A stretch of DNA of 64,000 nt from Anaeromyces robustus (lineage: Eukaryota), in NCBI GenBank assembly GCA_002104895.1, contig MCFG01000167.1:1-64000 (forward strand), written 5' to 3'. Position 1 is the first letter of the stretch, and every line of letters begins with the position of its first letter. A program made the translations under genes and the position numbers. This document shows, piece by piece, positions 52,727 through 64,000 of this stretch. Below the pieces are notes generated by a model. The model did no database searches, was not told the origin of the DNA, and saw only the letters and a list, made by a program, of their open reading frames with translations.

Positions 52727-53893
52727 ATGAAGTGTTGCCAATTTCTCATTTATGTTTTTATGTTTATTCAAATCATTTTAGCTCATGGAATTCATCATGA
52801 TCATGATGAAGAAGGAGAAGATCATGATCATGAACATGAACAAGAACATGGAGATGAACATGAACATGAACATGAAAAAATTTATCCAATGGGTGTTACT
52901 ATTGCTGGTATTTGTGCTATTTTATTATGTTCCTTCATTGGTACTATTCTTCCTATTATTTTTAAAAGAAAATCTTACTTTAAAGAAAATACTCTTCTTT
53001 TCAGTTGTGTTAAACTTTTCGGTACTGGTGTTATTTTAAGTGTTGCTTTTATTCATATGATTATACCAGCTGGTCAAATTTTATCAAGTGAATATACTTA
53101 TAAATTATTTAGTGAAACATATACATCTTTTACTGGTGTATTTGTAATTCTTGGTATTCTTATTACTCATGGAATTCAAGTTTATACTAGTCATTTCCTT
53201 TATAAGGATTCTTCTAATCGTCGTCATAGTCATGATAAATCATCCACTACTGATTCTGTTACCCTTTCCATTTCTTCTAGTGAAGGAAAACAAGCTAAAG
53301 ATATTACTGAAGAAGATATTTGGCATAAGAAAAATATTAAAACTGAACGTATTTCTGCCGTTGATGGTTGTGCTGAAGATCAACATGGTATTTTACATTT
53401 AATGGAAAATAAAGAAAAACAAATTATTTGTTATTTATTAGAAATTGGTATATCTATTCATTCTATTTTAATTGGTATTGCTTATGGTATGACAAATGAT
53501 GAAGAACTTCTTATTTTAATGATTGCTTTAATGTTCCATCAATTCTTTGAAGGTGTTTCTTTATCTTCTGTTTTCATTGAAGCTCATTTCAAACATTATA
53601 CGGCTATTATTATCATGATTATTGTTTATAGTTTAACTTTACCAATTGGTGCTGTAATTGGTTTACTTATTCGTAGTGCTATTCAATCAACCGATATAGT
53701 TTATATAACTGCTCAAGGTATTATAGATGCTATTGCTGGTGGTATTCTTATTTATGATGATCTTGTTAATATTCTTTCAAGACATTGTAATTCTAGAGTA
53801 TTTAAGAAAAATAGTTTACTTAAAAAGAATATTCAATTATTTGCTTTTTACCTTGGTATTGCAGCTATGGCTATCATTGGTATTTGGGCTTAA
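52727..53893 (+). CDS. ZIP-family (Zrt/Irt-like) zinc/iron permease, intronless, 388 aa
   Basis: KLFGTGVILSVAFIHM, LEIGISIHSILIG (TM4), FHQFFEG (TM5), C-terminal MAIIGIWA; signal-like N-terminus followed by a His/Glu-rich tract. Confidence 0.95.
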   Translation: MKCCQFLIYVFMFIQIILAHGIHHDHDEEGEDHDHEHEQEHGDEHEHEHEKIYPMGVTIAGICAILLCSFIGTILPIIFKRKSYFKENTLLFSCVKLFGTGVILSVAFIHMIIPAGQILSSEYTYKLFSETYTSFTGVFVILGILITHGIQVYTSHFLYKDSSNRRHSHDKSSTTDSVTLSISSSEGKQAKDITEEDIWHKKNIKTERISAVDGCAEDQHGILHLMENKEKQIICYLLEIGISIHSILIGIAYGMTNDEELLILMIALMFHQFFEGVSLSSVFIEAHFKHYTAIIIMIIVYSLTLPIGAVIGLLIRSAIQSTDIVYITAQGIIDAIAGGILIYDDLVNILSRHCNSRVFKKNSLLKKNIQLFAFYLGIAAMAIIGIWA

Positions 53894-54952
53894 GTTTTTT
53901 TTTCCTTTTACTTCTTTATTTTTTATTTAATATTTATTTCCTTTTTTATAATAAACAAAAAAAGGAAACAAAGAAAAATTTTTACATATCAAAAAAAAAA
54001 TATATCAAAAAAAAAAAAACTATTCTTATTATTATTTGTTTAATGTTTTTTGAATAAACAGAAAAGTTAAATAAATAATAATAAGAAATAATAATGAATA
54101 TTATTAATTAAGGATCCAAAAAAAAAAAAAAAAATATTTAAAAATATTTATAAATTATTAATAAATTAAGATATACATAATTACAAAATATTAATATCAT
54201 TATCTTCTTTCATTATATTTATTATTAGATATTATAAATATTTATATGTAAATTTTTTTTTAATTGAGAAAAAAAAAATATATATATATATAAATATTTA
54301 TATAAAAACGAAAGAACATTAAATATATATATATTATCATTATTTTAAACGTGATCGTTTTTTTATTAAATAAAATTACATAAAAAAAAAAAATGTTTTC
54401 AATATTTATTAAGTTTTGTGTAAATAATTATTAAATATCTTTTTATAGTATTTTTTTTTTTTAAATATCGAGGATTGAATGTTTCTTAGTAAAATTCATT
54501 AAAATTAATCATCGTTGTCAGGCTACATATAAAAAAAAATGAATTTTTGAAAGACATATGGAAGTGTATTCTCTTCCTTTAGTCTAAAAAAAAATTATAA
54601 AGACACTATAATGAAATAAATATTTTAGAAAAGAAAAAAAAAAAAAAACTTTTTAAATATTTTAATTTTAATATTATTAATATTTTGAATTTTTTTCATT
54701 TATTATATTATATTATATACATTTATTTATTAATTCTGTATAACTTGATACGTGATATTATTCATTATCATTTAATTTTTTATTAAAACTTTATAATAGT
54801 AATTATAAGTATTATTATTATTATTTTATCAAATAATTAATATTTATATTTATTTCTTTTTTAATTTATTTATTTATTTAAATTTTTATATATTTTCATT
54901 TATTGTATAATTATAATTATAATATTTAAACAAAAAATACTAAATATTGTTA

Positions 54953-60643
<5,691 letters not shown>

Positions 60644-60844
60644 TTTACTAAATAAAACTAAATAAAAAATAGTAAATACCGTTAAATAAAACTATAATTA
60701 TACATTTAAGATAACCAACAATTTATTATAATTATCTTTTTATTATAACAAAATAATTATTAATATTAATATCAATGGTTTATAAAACATAAAAAGATAT
60801 TACAAAAATTTTAAATGATATTAAATGATGTACATTACATATAC

Positions 60845-61085
60845 ATTTTTTATAATATTTTATTTATTCATTTATTTATTTATTCATTTTTTATAATATT
60901 TTATTAATTCATTTATTTATTTATTTATTTTTTATAATATTTTATTAATTCATTTATTTATTTATTTATTTTTTATAATATTTTATTAATTCATTTATTT
61001 ATTTATTCATTTTTTATAATATTTTATTAATTCATTTATTTATTTATTCATTTTTATAATATTTTATTAATTCATTTATTTATTT
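60845..61085. repeat. 41-bp tandem repeat, ~6 copies, upstream of GCP3
   Basis: tataatatttta recurs at 60851, 60892, 60933, 60974, 61015, 61055. Confidence 0.88.
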
Positions 61086-61131
61086 AATAATTTAATAATT
61101 TATTATTAAATTATTAAATAAATAAATGAAT
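61070..61131. repeat. Perfect palindrome, 30-bp arms, 2-nt loop
   Basis: attcatttatttatttaataatttaataat-tt-attattaaattattaaataaataaatgaat. Confidence 0.85.
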
Positions 61132-61933
61132 AAATAAATTAATAAATAAATAAATTAATGAATAAATAAATGAATAAATAAATTAATAAATAAATAAATA
61201 TATAAGTAAATAAATGAATGAATATATAAATATATAAATAAATAAATAAATAATTATAATTAAGATAATAATAAAAGCATTATATTTATTCTAGATAGGA
61301 ATGTATGTTGTAAATAATTTAATAATTTAAATTTTTATATATAAAAAAAAGATTATTAATTTGATGATAATTTTTTACATTAATGATAATTTTTTTTTCC
61401 TTTTTAAAAAAATATTAGTAGTAGATATTGCTTGGTAATTTGGATACATTAAAAATAAATAATAATTAATTTTCATTTATTATTATTTTTATTTATTAAT
61501 TTTCATTTTTTATAATTAATTTTTTTTATATTATTAATTTTTATTTATTAATGTTTCTTTTTTCTACTGCGTTATGTTAAGCTTCATAGTACGAGGTACT
61601 ACCGCCTTCCGCCTTAGGAAGAAGAAGATATCAGTCAGTCGTGTTCTTTCAATATATTAAAGAAGGACAGTAATCCTTTTTTAGTAATAGAATTATATAA
61701 TCACAATTATAAACATAATTATGTATTAAGATGTATGATTTATTAATGATTTGGTATATTGTATTTTATTATGGACTTTTAGATTTTTAATATCATACCC
61801 ATTTATTTTTTAATTATAAATATATGAATAAAAAATTAAATAAAAAAAAGTTTATTAAATGACCAATAAGTGATTGTATATATATATCTATTAAATTTAA
61901 AAAAAAGAAATGACTCTTTCAATATTTTATATT

Positions 61934-61989
61934 ATACATTTTTTTAAAATGTAACATATAAAATATATGTTACATTTTAAAAAATGTAT
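61934..61989. repeat. Near-perfect palindrome, ~26-bp arms, 3-nt loop
   Basis: atacatttttttaaaatgtaacatata-aaa-tatatgttacattttaaaaaatgtat (one-base bulge). Confidence 0.85.
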
Positions 61990-62967
61990 TTATTCAAATA
62001 ATAATAATTAACTAATTTATAATATAATATATTTAAATTAACAATTTAAACCGCATTATATCTATTAAATTAATATTATTCAATAATATATGAAATATTA
62101 AATATAATTAGCTTATTTTGGTGTAATTATGTTTTAATTAAAATACTATATATTAATAATATATTGTAATATATATATAATTAATTTTTTATATTTTAAT
62201 AATTATATAATTTATATAATAATTTAATATTATCAATTGTTAATTATTATTATTATTGTTATAAATAATAACATAAATAATATAATATTGTGAAATTTCT
62301 TTTTTCTTTTTTTTTTCAATAATCATTATTATGATTTTGATAATTACTTTTAACCACATATAAAAAATATAATAACAATATTGTATAATCTTTTTTTTTT
62401 ACATTTTTACCTTTACTTACAATTTATTTTTTATGCAAACTATTTTTCTTCTTTATTTATCTAAATATAATTAAAATAATTTATATATAATTAATTAAAT
62501 ATATATTTACATATATTAGAATATATTCGGTAGAATATTGATAAATAATATGTATGTTATATTATCAATATATTACAATAAATAAATAATTAAATTTTTA
62601 TTCAATTTAAATAAGTAATATTTTATTTAATATGATAATTTATCTTTAAATAATAAATTATAAATATTATATATATTATATGATATGATGTTATTTGCTA
62701 TTATATATTATAATTTTTCTTTCATATATAATAATTCTTATTTAATTTTATTTTATATTTTTTTTTTCTATTTTTTTTTTTCAAAAAAATCAAAATAAAA
62801 TAAAAAGAATATATATATTTAGTATTTGTTAAAATAAAATATAAAATAAAATAGAAATAATATAAATAATATAAAACAATTTTAAAATTTATTTTTAAGA
62901 AGTGATATGAAATTTTCATTCTTTAATAATTTTATTTAATTATTTATTATTTATATTTTATAATTAA

Positions 62968-63002
<35 letters not shown>

Positions 63003-64000
63003 ACCTTTATTAAAAAAAAGAAATTCTATTTTATTGTTAGATTTTAAATTTTATTATTTATATTAATTTATATATCACATTATATCATATTATTTTATTT
63101 TATATTTTAAATATATATAATCTATAATTCAAAACAAATATAATGTTAAACCAAAATATTTCAAAATAAAAAATTAAAGTAAAATATAAAAGCATTTATC
63201 AAAGATTAAAATAATAATTGTAAAAAAAAAAAAAAAAAAAATCAAGTAAAATTTATGATTATAAAGAACAAAAATAGAACTATAATAAAATAAAAACGAG
63301 GAAGAAGAAAGAAAGTAATAAAAAAGTGGAAAAAGAAAGAAAGAAATAAAAAATAAAAAAAAAATTTATATTAATTAAAATATAAAAATTTCTTTAATAA
63401 TAATTTAAATAGTAATAAAAATAATAAGATTAATTTAAAAAAAATAAAACAATATAATCTAAGAAAAATAATTTGAACAATAAAATTAAAATAAAAAAGT
63501 GTAGTTAAAAAATTTTTTACAACATTTCCTAAATTAATGTAAATTCAATTAATAAATACTACATAGCCAAATGATAAATAAAATACAATAAAAAAATAAA
63601 GTACAATAATAAAAAAGTTATAGGTATTTATTAGATACTTATTTTAATTATATACTTATCAAAATATTAATATATCCACAAAAAAATTAATAATTTTCAA
63701 AATTTTAAATAATAAATAAATATATATCTAAATATATATATGTTTTAAAAACTATAAATTTATTTTTGTTTTATTAGAAGAAAGTAATTCACATTAATAT
63801 TTAGACCAATTCAGAATAATTTAATTAAAAAATTCTTAAAATTAAAAAAATTAATACTTTATTTATATTATACCATAGATAATAAATATTGTATATTAAA
63901 ATTGAATAAAATTTATAAAAATATTAGATATATTAAAAACATTAAAAATATTATTAAATAAAAAAAAAAAATTTATTACCAGTAAATTTGAAATATATAT

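Noticed and set aside
61575..62043. Possible solo LTR bounded by TGTTAA...TTAACA
   Set aside because: No matching target-site duplication, and such hexamers are common at this AT content.

Overview
Extremely AT-rich, intron-rich eukaryotic genomic DNA. The composition, GT(A/T)-AG introns full of (AAT)n tracts and a cellulosome scaffoldin-type gene point to an anaerobic gut fungus (Neocallimastigomycota); this is inference. Genes reconstructed by hand: (1) a 2-exon, ~900-aa scaffoldin-like secreted/anchored protein (-, 852-3960); (2) two giant low-complexity ORFs (-, 11462-14928 and 16377-20519) that are splice-phase compatible and may be one ~2,500-aa disordered protein carrying PP1-docking SILK/RVxF-like motifs; (3) a ~33-exon LRR gene (+, 28793-36720), almost invisible to the ORF track, in which nearly every LRR is its own 63-72-nt phase-2/phase-2 exon, arranged in four modules (the most interesting feature); (4) a decayed ankyrin-repeat pseudogene; (5) CHO2 PE methyltransferase (10 exons); (6) an intronless ZIP zinc/iron transporter; (7) gamma-tubulin complex component GCP3/Spc98 (~20 exons, -). 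Intergenic DNA holds micro/minisatellites, short duplications, long palindromes and two unexplained GC-richer islands. No rRNA, tRNA, CRISPR array or intact transposon was seen. All exon boundaries are manual predictions.
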